Shown here piece after piece: positions 14,008 through 27,669 of a DNA stretch of 64,000 bases. The DNA is taken from assembly GCA_951406725.2 (NCBI GenBank), contig OX597814.1, positions 74,090,001 to 74,154,000 of the forward strand, written 5' to 3'. The notes under the pieces are model-generated. The model saw only the letters and a list, made by a program, of their open reading frames with translations, was not told where the DNA came from and did no database searches. How positions within the stretch are numbered: position 1 is the first letter of the stretch; each line of letters starts with the position of its first letter. Both the position numbers and the translations under genes were made by a program. This stretch comes from Octopus vulgaris (Eukaryota).

Positions 14008-14918
14008 TTGGGTTATCCAATTAATGCGTTTTTTTTAATATTTTTATTTTTCAAAATTAAGATAAACAAATTTCTTTTTTAATCTAACATATACTCTCCT
14101 TAATTTTCTGCAATGCTCTTCCATCTATCTGGTAAACTTGCAAGGCCCCTCTTCCAAACTTCACTTGTCTGTGACAAAAAATACTCTTCCAGCACTGTTC
14201 TGACCTCGTCTTCCGAATTCATATTTTTTCCGTCCAAATGATAATCAGATGGGTCAATGTCCGGCGAATATGGTGATAAGGCATCGTTTTACATTCAAAC
14301 TGCTCCAGCCTTTGGAATGTCATCCTCTCTGTATGTTGCCGGGCATTATGCTGATGGAAGAACACCTTTCGTTGTGAAACCAAAGATGATCGATTTTCTT
14401 CTAGCGTTCAAGCTGCTCGCTGTAGACCTCCTTTGTTATTGTTTGGTTTAGGTTTAAAAGTTCAAAGTGGACTAAACCTTTCATATTCTTCTTTAGCGTG
14501 GGGAGCTGGTGTTTCTCTTTTTATTACCCACTGTCTTCGATAATTGACATTTTTATACAGAAACAATTTCTCGTCACCAGTCGCTTTTCGGTCCAAAAAA
14601 GGTTCATTCGTGAGACGTGACAGCAAAGAAGGGCACACATTCATTCTCTGCGTGCGATTATACTCAGAAAGTTTGTGAGGAACCCATTGACCCAATTTTC
14701 TTACTTTTCTGATGGCATGCAGGCGTCGATGAATGGTTGAATGACCAAATCCAAACTTCTTCAACATTTACGATGGGGTTTGTTCCACCAGGGTTTGCAG
14801 GACGTTTTCATCAAGCTCAACAGTTCTTCCAGGACGAGGCTCGTCTTCTAGGCTGTGGTTTCAGGCTCGGAATTTCTGGAACCACCGTTCACACTGGCTT
14901 ACGCTTATTGTCCGATCT
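14008..14918 (-). mobile_element. 5'-truncated mariner copy (same family as 5932-7192)
   Basis: GQWVPHKLSE..ATGDEK on the minus strand, a degenerate TIR at 14008, and sequence colinear with the first copy. Confidence 0.9.
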
Positions 14919-15287
14919 CCATATTTTCTCTTGTCACAGAAAATATTTCTCCAGCATTCGCTATTTTACCATCGTTCTAGTCTAACAACCCTCCATGTTT
15001 GTTTTCGTTTGGTTTTCTTGTATGTCTCCACTGTCCTGTTTTTGTTCCCAACTTTAACCCTCCATAAATCCCAAATTTTATTTTGGTACTTATGGGAGCA
15101 ACTGTCTTCGAAGTCTCATATTGTCGTTCTATGCTCGAAATGATAGACAACCGACAATTGAAGAAGGGTCGTTCTTTATGTTACTTGTCCTGTTCTCCAT
15201 ATGTTTCTATCGTTGTTTGCGTATTGAACTAATTTGTTTTCGCATTTCATGTTGTTTACTGCACCCATATATGCATATGTATATATA

Positions 15288-15337
<50 letters not shown>

Positions 15338-15408
15338 TATATATTCGTTTTATATATATGTTTATATATTCGTTTTACCATTATCGGTAAACTTATACAA
15401 AAATTCTA

Positions 15409-16163
15409 GGATCTTTACCTTTTGACCTACAGATTTAAAAAATGATATTTTGTAACCAAACAATTTCAAACTTCGGACACTGGTAGAATGTGTCATATAT
15501 AACGTGTTTTACTCTTAGCATTTTTGAGAAAAACTTATATTTACGAAGATATTTCACCTTAAATTTCTCGTATTTCGGTTATTTTAGCCAATCAATGACG
15601 TGTATTCAGCTGAATAAAATTACTGCTGTTGTTTGTCAACAAGAACTTCCGGCGGTACATATTTCGTTTGTCACTGTTATTTATGACAACCCTAACCCTA
15701 AAACCCTAACTGTAAAACCCTAACCCTAACCCTAAAACCCCAACCCTAACCCTAAAACCTTAACCCTAAAACCCCAACCCTAACACCCTAACCCTAAAAC
15801 CCTAACCCTAACGCCCTAACCCTAAAGCCCAAACCCTAACTCTAAAACCTTAACCCTAAAACCTTAAAACCAGTACAAACGCACGAACGATGTTATAACA
15901 GTGACAAACGAAAAATACACCACCGATAGTTGTTGAAAAACAACGGCAGTAATTTTATTCAGCTGAATACACGTCATTGATTGGTTGAAATTACCGAAAT
16001 ACGAGAACTTTAAGGTGAAATATCTTCGTAAATATAAGTTTTTCTCAAAAATGCTAAGAGTAAAACATGTTTTATATGACACATTCTACCAGTGTCCGAA
16101 GTTTGAAAGTGTTTAGTTACCAAAAATTATTTATTAAATCTTTAGGACAAAAGGTAAAGATCC
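15409..16163. mobile_element. Non-autonomous foldback DNA transposon (~270-bp TIRs, 8-bp TSD) enclosing a telomeric-type repeat; Merlin-like or Mutator-like
   Basis: Termini GGATCTTTACC...GGTAAAGATCC. TIRs at about 15409-15680 and 15894-16163. TSD AAATTCTA at 15401-15408 and 16164-16171. Confidence 0.85.
15688..15866 (+). repeat. Degenerate interstitial (CCCTAA)n/(CCCTAAAA)n telomere-like array
   Basis: Directly visible. It is the reverse complement of TTAGGG. Confidence 0.9.
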
Positions 16164-16424
16164 AAATTCTATAATTATGAGCATAATAATGGTTCTTTTA
16201 ACATACCGAATTACTTGGTAAAATTATTAATTATTTATTGATTAATTAATTTTACCCTTTATTATTATTGATAATATATTTCTCTCCCTGATAGTAAACT
16301 GCAGTTTCTGCGGAAATTACTCGTTGTCACACGTGGGTGATTGAGGAGGAATACGAGATCTCATTCGTCTGCTTGAATTCGGAAGTACTGGTCTTTGGAT
16401 ATATGCTATTTGATGGCGCTTGGG

Positions 16425-16544
16425 TTCAGTTCCAATGTGTGGCACTCTGGGAAAATGTCTTTTACTATAGTCTCGGGCCGACGAAAGCGTTGTGAGTGTA
16501 TTTGGTGGACGGAAACTGAAGAGAAGCTGTCGTATATATAAATA

Positions 16545-16615
<71 letters not shown>

Positions 16616-16810
16616 TTTGTGTCCATGCTTGACCCCCATCACCGGTTGACAACGATTGTTGGTTTGTTTATGTCTCCGCAACTTAGCGTTTCGGCAAAAT
16701 AGACCGTTAGAAATAAGTAAAACAATGCACTTGGGTCGATTCATTGGACTAAAGTCTCTTCAAGGTGGTGCCCCAGCATGGCTGTAGTCTAATGAGTGAA
16801 ACAAGTAAAT
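16425..16810 (+). mobile_element. tRNA-derived SINE family 1 (diverged)
   Basis: B-box GGTTCAGTTCC, internal microsatellite and shared tail CCAGCATGGC..GAAACAAGTAAA. Confidence 0.8.
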
Positions 16811-16811
16811 G

Positions 16812-16856
<45 letters not shown>

Positions 16857-18017
16857 CACACTTACATATATATAGGCAGAGTTCGAGAGAGGAGAGAAGC
16901 AAAGACAAGAAATGTTGGTAGTGTAAGGCTGAAATGATTTAACTAGAAGTTGATCCAAAACAGTAATTTGCAAAAAATGAAAAACTACAAAATTCCACAA
17001 AAATCTTAGGAATATTTGTCATTTTCTTCTATTAACCTAATTGGTTTCCACTTCAAACTAGCCGCACTTTACGGAAAATCACTGAACCAAATCATCAAAT
17101 ATTAAGAGATATTGGGTTGAATAATTTTATGTCAGTATTTGTGTAGTTATCTAATACTCAACGTATGCTATGTGGAAATGAATACCACTCTAAATACAGG
17201 TTGTTCTGAATACCAAAAGAAGGTTGAAATACCTGAATATGAGTAAAATATATTTAAACTAAAATCAGTAGGATTAAGTAATCCCACTTACCATAGTAGG
17301 GAGTTTTTCTTTTGGATTTCACTGATTTCTCTTTAAATGATGTCTCGGCTATTTCCGTGATGTCTTCATTTGCAATAGTTATATTCTCCGGCAGATTTAT
17401 TTTATCAGAGTCTTCTGCAGCCATTTTCCAAAAGAGATTTACCTTACAAATTTGTAAAGGAATTTTTCCTGAAAAGGAAAAATGAAAAAAGTCATAAAAT
17501 AAATTGTTTCTGTAACAATTTTTTAAAATTCTGCAAGCTTATACTAGCTATCAGCAGGGAAACTAACCACTGATAGTATACTAGTTTGAAAATATATAAC
17601 GTGTGTAATGGTAGTGATTTTAGATAATAATCATCCAATGTTTGGATCTCGTCACACACCAAACGCTACAACTAACGAATATATGTCACAACTAATCATG
17701 GATTACCACTACTAATGATTATGTTACATAATGAAAGTATACCGTAACTAATTTTCTTTCTTTATTCAACCCAGTTTTGTCAATGCTATTCTCAGTAGAT
17801 TTCTAATAATTGATAGAAACCCTTCTACATTGAAACTTTATCATCGCAGATTTCTTGAGGTATTTCCAGACAACTAAATAATATCTGGATATGTCTTTAC
17901 ACCCAAATAAGTCATAGCTTAGCTGACAATAAGGACCATCTTTACTTATACATTAAATAAGTATTAATTTATGCGACCCTGAAAAACCAGTTGACAATTC
18001 TTATCTTTAAACAAACT

Positions 18018-18419
18018 AGGCGTAGGAGTGGCTGTGTGGTAAGTAGCTTGCTTACGAGCCACATGGTTCCGGGTTCAGTCCCACTGCGTGGCACCTTCGG
18101 CAAGTGTCTTCGACTATAGCCGCGGGCCGACCATAGCTTTGTAAGTGGATTTGGTAAATGGAAACTGAAAGAAGCCCGTCGTATATATGTATATATATAT
18201 GTATGCATGTGTGTGTATATGTCTGTGTTTGTCCCCCAACATCGTTTGACAACCGATGCTGGTGTGTTTACATCCCCGTAACTTAGCGGTTCTGCAAAAG
18301 AGACCGATAGAAGAAGTACTAGGCTTACAAAGAATAAGTCCTGGGTCTATTTGCTCGACTAAAGGCAGTGCTCCAGCATGATCACAGTCAAATGACTGAA
18401 ACAAGTAAAAGAGTAAAAG
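18018..18419 (+). mobile_element. tRNA-derived SINE family 1 (full length)
   Basis: A-box TGGCTGTGTGG, B-box GGTTCAGTCCC, internal (TA)n, and tail ACTGAAACAAGTAAAAGA. Several copies occur in the window. Confidence 0.9.
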
Positions 18420-19904
18420 GGTAAACTAGATATGAGAGGTTGAATTTTGTTTTATTCCATTTCATGGGTTGGTGAGAAACAAATTATTTTCAAGTATTGC
18501 ATCCATGTAGCTTATTTCCCCGAAATCATGAAAAAGAGTTGAATTCAGATCAACACACAATGAATTTATCTGTCATGTGTGTAGTGTTCCTACAGTTTAA
18601 CACGGTGAACTGTAATTATCTCATGATGTCTATAAGGTAGCCTATCAACTTGCCAAATTACAACTTCCATTTTGTAAGAGAATGAATATGAAAAGTTTTT
18701 TAATGTTCTTTCAGCTTATGGCTTCCAGTAAAAACAATTAATAGAATAATTAAGATATTATTAAAAATACTTGATAAGGTTACAATCATGTAATTTAAGA
18801 GTTTTATTAGAAGATTTTGGATTAAGTGGTCTCAGTAACAGATTTATATTTAGTAATTGCTTTATAAAATTGCTTTGCATGCAAAATATTGTTTAAATAA
18901 TCATCTCTTCTACACAACCAGAAATTAAAAATTCTGATTATACTAATCCCCCCTCCCCAGAGAGCAGTCCATTAAAAACGAAAGAAAATTGTAGCTACTG
19001 TGGAAATAGAAATAATTTACGATTATTGCTCACTTTGACTAGTTAAATTATCATTTTGGTAGTATTAGTAGCAAGGTGGCACAGTATTGAAGAGCATGGC
19101 TGTGATGCTGGTGCTAACGATGGGATCTTTTATGAAATTGAAATAATATCGAGGGCTTTGGTTATGATTTAGTTCATTATTCTGTTTCAAATATTAGTTC
19201 TCATTAAAATATTGACACAATCACAACGGCAGATCCTCTGTCAACATCACCACTACCACAATCACAAAAACAATAACCAGAGTACTTCATATGGCGTCTG
19301 TCATTACCAGTAGTGTTATAAAGAGAACTAAATACGATGTCGTTACAAACCTCCCCTTCCTTCTACGTAAACAGATACCATGGAAAATTACAGTTCTCCC
19401 ATCTATACACCAGATATATTACAAATGGCGAGTGTACCTATATTTGCATTAATCAGCTCATATTTCATGAACAAAGTTCATACAGAATGGAAGGATTGTT
19501 GACACTGAACTGTGTCAGATCCTAGATATCAAAGTTTTGTCTGATTCAAGCAACAATACCTCAATCAACTACAAACTTTTGTAACAAAGCTTTGGCACAT
19601 TTACAATTGTTATTCATTTCCACTTTCTCTAATAGGATGACATTATAGCACACACCTGTCTGTTTTCAATATTATACTCAGTAAAAATACCAGTGGACAT
19701 GTTTTTTGAAGCTAGAAATAAACATCTTTAGGTATGTATTAAAAAAACATCTTTAGTATGTATTAAAAAAAAGTGCTCCAATCTTAAAATTCATAATTAT
19801 ATATATAATCATAATTATATATATTAATAATTATGTAATATGCATAATTATGTATTCTGAAATGAGTATACCGAATATTCCACTTATGTATTAATAATTT
19901 ACAA

Positions 19905-20460
19905 GCAGCTGTGTGAAATTATAGCAGAATTCGATGCAGTCCAACGAAGCTACTCAAAGAAAATAGTCTCAATACAGTAAATTAGCAATTGGGAAAGACT
20001 CAAGAAGTTAAGACTTTACTCCCTGAAACAAAGGAGGGAAAGATATGCTGTAATATGCATCTGGACGATCGTGGAAGGACTTGTCCCATACCTTGGCGTT
20101 GAAAGTTATACAAATGCCAGAACAGAACGCCATTTTATAGTGTCTAAAATCTTTCTCCTGCACCAAAATACAGAACCAAGTACTGTAAGAGCGTGAGATT
20201 CAAGGCCCACAACTCTTCAATCTCCCACCGAAAGAGCTGAGAGACCATAATGGTGTGGATGTAGATGTCAAAACTAAACTGAATCTCCTACTGTCAAGAA
20301 TCCTAGAGGAGCCAACTTCACGGCAGAAAGCGGGAATGAAGGCAGCAGATCGTATTCCATAATTTACCTAATTCTAGTCACTAAAGCAAGATCAATGAAT
20401 CTGTAGCCACACAAATTACCGGTGCTTTAGCATGGCCACAATCCTTGAGCTGAAATTAGA
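19905..20460 (+). mobile_element. Old CR1-type LINE 3' fragment
   Basis: Homologous to 61540-61970 (CCAACGAAGCTAC.., TTAAGACT.TA.TCC.T, CCAACTTCACGGCAG). Confidence 0.75.
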
Positions 20461-20736
20461 AAAAATGCTGACCGATTCGGTTGAATGCCTGCTTACCTGC
20501 CTTGGCATTGAACCTAACAGGTCAGGATTAAGACCAATTAATGCCTTAAGCACAGACCAACAATTTCCATTCTCTGACAAGACATTAAGACATCATAAAT
20601 ACTAAATGTTAACTAATAAATTAAAAATGTAGTTTTCATCCCGGTCATCCAATAGGGCAGATTCGAGTAAATTAAATATAAACCACTGGAGAGGAAAATA
20701 ATAAGTGTGAGTGACGTTAAATAATTAATAATAAAA

Positions 20737-20906
20737 AATCTGACACTGAAGGACGTACAGAATAACAGGAAAACTGTCGCGTAATAGACGCAGACAAGCT
20801 CCTTCGACAAAATTTTGGTGATACTTGGTGGATAACTGGTTTGAGCTTGTCCGCGTCTATTACGAGCGTTTTCCTGTTATTCTGTACGCCCCCACCTGTG
20901 CCAGAT
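20737..20906. repeat. Imperfect inverted repeat (~65-bp arms)
   Basis: GTACAGAATAACAGGAAAAC..CGTAATAGACGCAGACAAGCTC versus GAGCTTGTCCGCGTCTATTACG..GTTTTCCTGTTATTCTGTACG. Confidence 0.8.
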
Positions 20907-21794
20907 GTCTTGAAAATTATGTATTAAATATAACCTGCTTTGTTTCTAAAATTTTATTTATTTATCACTAAATAGCAATATAAGCATCATCAGCAATAAT
21001 GTAATTTTTAAGCACTTTTTTGTTCATAAAATTCTATCAATTGCATATTAGTAGATTTGACATTGGAAAAAATGCCTACTGTGTCTAATAGTTAATCTAA
21101 CCCATGTCAGAAAAAATCCCCATAACAGTCAAATTTTCCAGTCTATAAAACTGCAAAAAGAAGCCGACAAATTATTAGAAGCCATATGAGCATCGAATAA
21201 TTGATAATTGAAATACTGAGTTCAGTTCTTCCTATTAGTCTCCACTGGTGATTCTGATAAATACATTGATGTTTCTTACAGCCGCCAATGAGACTTCACA
21301 TGTAAAACTTGTTCTAGCATGTCGAAGAAAATAGTTGGCTCTATTGTTTCAATTAAAATAGAGCTATTTACGTCTCTAATGGCCACATGAAAATCATTCA
21401 CTCATTTCGGACAAAGAAAAATATATTATGTGGATTAAGTAGTTAATTGTGGATTAAGTAGTTAATTATGAAGTAATATCTGGGATCAGACCACATCATT
21501 CCTGCTAATAGAATCACATATCAATCATTCATCATTTTTTACTAAATGTAGAATAATGAGTTAGGCAAGTTCAGATCTTGCATCGAGTCATAATTCTATG
21601 TCTGTAGATAAAGTTATATCTTAGAAATAGCAGGTTACCTTTTGTTAAAAAAACAAAACAAAAAAAAAAACACACAAAAAAACCCAGAGCGAAATTTCAT
21701 TCTTAACTTGATATATTTTCTCAATACTTATTGTGATTAGTAATTCTAACATTACTGGCCTAACAACAAATTCTGTGAGATCACACACACACAT

Positions 21795-21995
21795 CTTTGT
21801 GCCTGTGTTTGCTTCCTCACCACAGCTTGACAACTGATGTTGATGTGTTTATGCGTTTCGGAAAAATAGATCGATATAAGTACCAGGTTTAGAAAGGAAA
21901 TAAGTACTGGGGCCGATTCATTCGACTAAATGATTTTTCAAGGCGGTGCCCCAGCATGGCCGCAGTCTAATAAACGAAACAAGTAAAAGATAAAA
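21795..21995 (+). mobile_element. SINE family 1, 3' half
   Basis: Matches the 3' half of 18018-18419. Confidence 0.75.
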
Positions 21996-22049
21996 AATAA
22001 AAGGTATGGAATGGAGTAAGTACTCATTTTCAACTCTACCTCTGAAAAT

Positions 22050-22488
22050 GGAGAAGCCCAAATTTTTCGTTTTTTCCAAAATGTAAATTATTGGGCCACA
22101 TTTGTCCTACGTCTCCAAGTTTCAGGAACTTGACCACATAATCATTAAACTTATGGAAGAATTCACGTTTTCCCGTAATGTTTTTAATTTTATTCACGGG
22201 GCCAAAAAAGGTACACCACCACAGTCCAAAGACAGAACCCTTCTTTTTTCCAATAATCATTAAACTTATGGAGGAATTCAGGTTTCACGAATTTTTCAGT
22301 TTTATTCATGGAGCCAAAATATGTCCCCCCCCCACATCCCAAGGTCCATGAATAGAAACCTATGTTTGTGAAAATCTAATCCTGAGTCTGAGGACATCAC
22401 ATACCAACTTTGAAAATAATTAGTCAACTGCTTTTCAAGTACATAAGAGACAAACAGACAAAAAATAAACCAATTTTATATATATAGA
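22050..22488 (-). mobile_element. Possible non-autonomous Helitron fragment with an internal ~115-bp tandem duplication
   Basis: The minus strand starts TCTATATATATAAAATTGG..TGTCTGTTTGTC. ATAATCATTAAACTTATGGA occurs twice, near 22138 and 22254. Confidence 0.4.
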
Positions 22489-23576
22489 AATGGTTGCTTT
22501 AAGGCTAGTGGTAATTCAAAATCAGTTACGCTGCGAACACAGCATTTTATAAATCATGTATCAAATCATAGTTATTGATTTATAAAGAAAGGCATCATTT
22601 TGTCATGATTCTTTATAAATTCAGATCCATGATCAGACTACACGATTCTTAAAATTTGTAAATACTGGATCAAAACAATAAATATGCATTTTGATCTAAG
22701 AATTAGAAATCGTACGACGGTTAGTTGGAGGATTTTTATATCTACCATACGATACGTTTATAATACTCCATGGCTATTGGCAAATAGATTTCAACAGCAG
22801 GAAACATTTCCGTACCTAAATTTAAGTTATTGTATTATTCGTCAATATATTTTTACACGAGTTTCAGTTAATGTTACTATTTAGTCCCAAGTCGGCTCTG
22901 ATCAAATGCATTGAAGGCATGGCTTTCTGGAAATATTCTACCCGAGCCTGCTCTTCTTTTGAGCTGTTATGGCTAAAGTAGATAACATCTTTTCTAAATC
23001 TTTCTAAACTATTTCATTTCTTGATCTTATAACGTATAGCAATGATTGTTACAGGAATAATTATGTGTCCCAGTACTTTCAGAACGAAGATTTAATCCAG
23101 AATATTTCACAACAACGACGAAAATGTGATCCTCTGTGATATGTCTACAATTTTCAATTGTAGATATTTCACTTAACTTTTTTACATATACCAAACAAAG
23201 GATACATTTAGCTAGCCGATAAATCTGAAGCTTAACGCTTATATAACAAACAGCATTTGAAAAACAGGTCGCTACCTTAAAATAGATTTTTATCATGCGA
23301 ATTATGAATCGGTATGTTTTCTCAATATGTTGAGTAAAAATTTAAATAATTATAGGTCGCCATATTTCGAAGATGATTGATTCATGACGCTATGTTTAGT
23401 AAGGTAGGAATTATCTTTTGCCTTTACTTGAAAGTTCCAAATTTCAATACAAAGAATGTAAGTGGTTTTAAAAGCAAAAAAAAAAAAAAAAAAAAGCAAT
23501 GACATATTTTTAGTGCGTGAGAAAATTTTGGATATTTCCTGTGAAAATTGTAGCATAATACATTTTGTGTTAAGAT

Positions 23577-23607
<31 letters not shown>

Positions 23608-24521
23608 ACAGTATACAATCTAGATGACAATGTTTAAGAAAAGAAAGTAGAATTAAGGCTGATGCCGCTGTCAACGACGACTATGTTGATGTTTATAACG
23701 ATGATGACAACGACTACGATGACAAGAAAGTATATTAAATATTAGCACCGATGTTATACTGTCCTCTTATTTCTGTCACAATCAATAACACAAAGTTGAG
23801 AAATAGAATAATTTTACGGCCTTGTTATGTAAATATGTGTCGAAAAGTATTTGAAGGAGGGTATTATTAACTTTTGAAGTTTATGTAGTTGCATAACAAG
23901 TAATAAATATCTTATTTTAAAGGGATTATTTTTGTAGCTCAGTAACTTTTCCGAACTTATAGCTTTTTACTCAGACGGTGATTTGATTATTATAAAGCAA
24001 AAGTAACATTTAAAATCCGCACTGTTTATCACAGAGCGAATGAGAAGATCTTTTGTTACATTCGTGTCAACACATCGATCAAATTTTAATTATCAATCAG
24101 CAACAGGCTGTAGGATTATGTGCTTCATATACATTCATTTGATTAGTATAGTCAAAGGATTTGACTCTGGTATATTCATAGTACTTGTTTTATTAAGCTC
24201 AAAATAATGAAAGGAATATATGATATCTGAGGAGATCGATTTTAAAACTCTTCTTAGCAGAATCACATATCCAAACTCATATAATTCTACTTTTCAATGT
24301 AACAGGCGTCAACGATCGCCATTTACCGGCTAGAGTCAGTTGCTTTAACAAAACTGGTTTGCATGATTAAACAACGATCTTTTCTTTCCCTTGGCTAACA
24401 ACAGTGCCTTAAGTTATCAGCGTCGCGTTTCTACTCTCTTCTAATTTTTTTACTCTACTGTGTGCCTCCATTTAATGATAATATTGATTACCAGTGTTCC
24501 ACTATAGTCTACCTTGTAGAA

Positions 24522-24923
<402 letters not shown>

Positions 24924-25703
24924 TGAAATGAAGCAGATGATTTTTCTTTCTCTTTTAATAATTTTGACTCCAAATGCGACTAAAGTGATAATTGTGAAGG
25001 GAATAAAATGTGAATAAAATTAAAATTAATTTTCAACTAAAGCGTTGAGAATGAAACAAGCTGTATATAGGTTTAAAATCTGTGTATATATGTATTCCTT
25101 TGCTTATAATCGTAGTTATATGATTTATGTGTACATACATGGATTTCAAAAGAGTACATTTTATTTATATAAAATAAACCTCATATATCGAAGAGGTGTT
25201 ACGTAACAAAGTGGTTTTGCTTTTTATTATACATATAGCCGTATGTATAACGCTGTGATTATACCTTATAATGCTTGTTGCATAAATGTTGAAACAAACA
25301 ATAGGGATTTATATGGAAAAAAAAAACTTTGAGAAAGATCGTATATGAATATATATGTATGTGGGTTAAAGTTTCTGTTTACGCTAGAATCTCTTTCTAT
25401 TAATTTGAACTAGACACTACACTGGCAGAATTACTATAAACTTTTCTATATTTTACTGCTTGGACCAACTCCGCATTTTTATGGCTTCCGAATGTCAGTA
25501 ACCTACGTACCAATGTGACTCATTCTAGTTGTCTTAAGATGTTTTTTCACCCCAGTAAACATTAGATCGATTTATAGTGCAAGCTAAAGGTGCGCGTCAA
25601 ACGGGAAAATAGAAAGGATTACACTTGTTTAGTTAAATTTTACCGAATAATTAAAAATCATTGTAGTATATAATATTATATGGAAAATACATAAAAGATA
25701 TCA

Positions 25704-25746
<43 letters not shown>

Positions 25747-25788
25747 TCATACACACGTGCATATGTATATATATGTATACACCCATAC

Positions 25789-25819
<31 letters not shown>

Positions 25820-25969
25820 CAGAGATATATACACGCATACATATATATGTATATACATATATGCATGCATGCATACGTACATACATACATACATACATAC
25901 GTACGTACGTACGTACATACATACGTACATACATACATACATACATACATACATACATACATACATACA

Positions 25970-26003
<34 letters not shown>

Positions 26004-26269
26004 CATACATGGCTATATTTTACCTTATATTGCCTTTTAATTCATCTCATAGTAATTTCCTATAATTAATCCGAACTCGTTATTCTGCAGTTCTGATATG
26101 CTAATACTGTGTAACCATAGTAACGTTAGGTTAACATGCGCAGTGACAAAACTTTATGTGTTTGGTGGTTATCGATTGTTTTATATACCTTTGTTTATAT
26201 GTATGTCTATACGCATGCATACATGTATGTCAATGTATATCTATATAAGTGTATATGCATACATATGTG

Positions 26270-26314
<45 letters not shown>

Positions 26315-26331
26315 GCATTTGCATATATATA

Positions 26332-26456
26332 GTCGCAGGTGTGGGTGCGTGGTGAAAAGCTTGCTTCCCGACCACATGGTTCCGGGTTCAGTATCTTCAT
26401 CTATAGCCTTGTCAGTGGATTTGGTAGATGGAAACCGAAAGAAGCCTGTCGTATAT
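26332..26456 (+). mobile_element. SINE family 1, internally deleted 5' part
   Basis: CCACATGGTTCCGGGTTCAG..GGAAACCGAAAGAAGCC. Confidence 0.75.
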
Positions 26457-26501
26457 GTATGAATATATATATATATATAATTTAATTGTTTTCCATACTT
26501 A

Positions 26502-26537
26502 CAGTTGAAAAAGTCTCAATGACTGAAACCGGTATTG
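26502..26537 (+). ncRNA. Minimal HHR, U3-A8 core variant
   Basis: CAG-UUGAAAA-AGUC-UCAAU-GACU-GAAA-CCGG-UA/UUG. Confidence 0.7.
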
Positions 26538-27418
26538 AAATGTTTTTTGAGACTTTTTCAACTGTAAGTATGGAAAACAATTAAATTTTGGAAAAATTAA
26601 ACAAAAAGTTTTTTAAAAGAATATTTGCATAGTGTTCAAATACAAGTGGCATTTTCCTTGTTTCTGCCTGTTTCTGTCTCGCATGTTTACTCATGTGGGT
26701 TCGAGGTCGTTGTGAATTCTTGGTAGGGAAGAAGAAGAAGAAGAAGAAGAATACATAGCCCAAACGAAAAATAGTTTACGTAAAAGAATGGCTCTGCACA
26801 GATCCCAGATAAAAATTCCCCAAAACAGAAAAATAGCATTCAGCCAACACATAAACGTTTGCGCCAATAGCAAAAATCCAAGTTTCAGAATTTTCCCTCT
26901 ACCAATTCAAGGACGATACAACCTATAGCCAACGAATTAGTAAAAAGACTCTCTTTATTACAAAATACAGACCCCTTTTGAACGCGTCTTCAACAAATGA
27001 CATATCCACCACGGCCTTAGAATAACATAAACACACACGCAAATATTAAAAATGATAAACTCAAGAGATTCCCAAGAATTCATTAAAAAACAGTCCCAAT
27101 CACTGCTATAATCCATAATAAGTCACTTTTTAGTCACTTGACCATTTAATACTTTACTACTATCATACTACCTACATTCCTTCTTATTCTCCCTTCTCTT
27201 CCTTTTCGTCTTCTTCTTCTTCTTCTTCTTCTTCTTCTTCTTCTTCTTCTTCTTCCCTACCAAGAATTCACAACGACCTCGAACCCACAAGAGTAAACAA
27301 GAGAGACAGAAACAGGCAGAAACAAGAAAAATGCTCCTTGTATTTGAACACTATACAAATATTCTTTTAAAAAACTTTTCCTTTAATATTTCCAAAATTT
27401 AATTGTTTTCCATACTTA

Positions 27419-27454
27419 CGGTTGAAAAAGTCTCAATGACTGAAATCGGTACTG
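27419..27454 (+). ncRNA. Minimal HHR, U3-A8 core variant
   Basis: CGG-UUGAAAA-AGUC-UCAAU-GACU-GAAA-UCGG-UA/CUG. Confidence 0.65.
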
Positions 27455-27543
27455 AAATGTTTTTGATAAAATAATTATTTTAGAATTTTCTATCTTGACT
27501 TTTTTTCCATATATATCAACTCGTGTGTTCCTTTTCAACCTTC

Positions 27544-27669
<126 letters not shown>

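Noticed and set aside
15688-15866. True chromosome end or fusion site
   Set aside because: The array is short, degenerate, in a single orientation and enclosed by TIRs with a TSD.
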